From Psammoneis japonica (taxonomy: Eukaryota), in NCBI GenBank assembly GCA_008632985.1, contig QPGO01000153.1:62001-126000 (forward strand): a stretch of DNA of 64,000 nucleotides, read 5' to 3'. This document shows, in pieces, positions 63,094-64,000 of the stretch (its first letter is position 1; every line of letters begins with the position of its first letter). The translations under genes were made by a program, and so were the position numbers. Below the pieces are notes generated by a model. The model was given only the letters and a program-made list of their open reading frames with translations. It made no database searches and was not told the DNA's origin.

Positions 63094-64000
63094 AGTTGAA
63101 TGGTTGAGATGCATTGTTGGTAGTTGGAAAAGTAGACGAAGTTAAAGTTACGAACTTACATATTGCAGCAAAATATTTGTCCTTGTGCAATCTATGGGAT
63201 GTTGTTCTTCTTGTGCCCGCAAATCGTGCACTTTCTGCACTAGCTTTTTGCGGTCTGCTTGAGCCCAGCAGGACTCCCGTCAATGCTCTTTACAAGCACC
63301 TTGAATTGATTCAGCATCTCGACAAATGACCGTAGTTGGTAGAAAAAGGAGAAAAAGTGCGTATCAGCAAAGCCTGATACCGCATAGATGGTGCTGTAAT
63401 TCCCACACCTCATCTTGGATGGACCGCCCAAATCGAGAGAAACTGTCGTTGACGCTTCGTTGGTGGAATTCGAGTTGCAGCTGTGCGCTCACAAAGGACT
63501 CAAGACAACTCGTTGCTGAGGATCAAACAATCATGCCGCCGGTGGATCTCCGTCGGTCGCATTGAGTCCGAACACTTTAGTCGAAATGATTGAAAACGTC
63601 TTGGACTCGGTGGATCATGTACTCCTCATCCCATCTGCAGCTGTGGCGGTCAACCCATAATTGGTGGACAGGACTACATTCCATGACGGACAAGATCAAA
63701 AAGATCCGAAAGCGGATTGTAGACCTAGACGAGGATACTGACTTTGAAGTTAGCCGTAAGAACAAGGCAACTAAGGATGCCATTGGCGCGTGTGCCGCTA
63801 CCAATCGCTTCATTGCCGGATCCGGTCTCTTGGCATGCGATGATACGGCACAAAGAGTAAAGGAGCTGCCTTACAAGGACAAGGCGTGAAGGTCGAAGAA
63901 AAAATGAAGCGGCACTAGCTAGAATGTTGTAACGACGCAATGCGCAACAGCATTCTATGTAAGCTCGTCGCACCATCTTGTTTTTGATCTCGTTTCCGCA

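Larger units (their letters stand above)
45572..63160 (+). repeat. Tandem array with a ~4165-bp unit (three LRR gene copies); third copy interrupted by Copia and MITE
   Basis: Offsets 46491->50657 (4166) and 49568->53732 (4164); last exon repeated again at 62363-63093. Confidence 0.92.

Noticed and set aside
63590..63889. Short 99-aa ORF at the window end
   Set aside because: No recognisable motif or gene structure.

Overview
Eukaryotic genomic DNA with GT-AG introns. The gene and transposon content (type-II membrane LRR genes, helicase-associated repeats, CoDi-like Copia, Plavaka-like transposase) suggests a diatom/stramenopile; this is inference. The window holds six LRR receptor-like genes (the last three in a ~4.17-kb tandem array), BTB, HA-domain and HNH genes, a frameshifted tautomerase-hydrolase fusion, two copies of one ~7.1-kb Copia family with 276-bp LTRs, a Plavaka-like relic and a 468-bp MITE. 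Main signal: over half the window (~11.85-20.0, 25.3-40.8, 42.6-44.6, 47.5-49.3, 51.6-61.8 kb) is almost devoid of TpA. Paired comparisons (LTR vs LTR, TSD vs TSD, element vs element, gene copy vs gene copy) show directional TA->TG or TA->CA changes, i.e. A->G at TpA on either strand, turning Tyr into Cys/His. The changes post-date integration, centre on repeats, leak into adjacent host exons, mostly spare YTAR, and come with slower CpG->TG/CA decay. This resembles a repeat-targeted hypermutation system of opposite polarity to fungal RIP. I do not know of a description of it; a literature check and orthogonal reads are needed. All counts are by hand and approximate.
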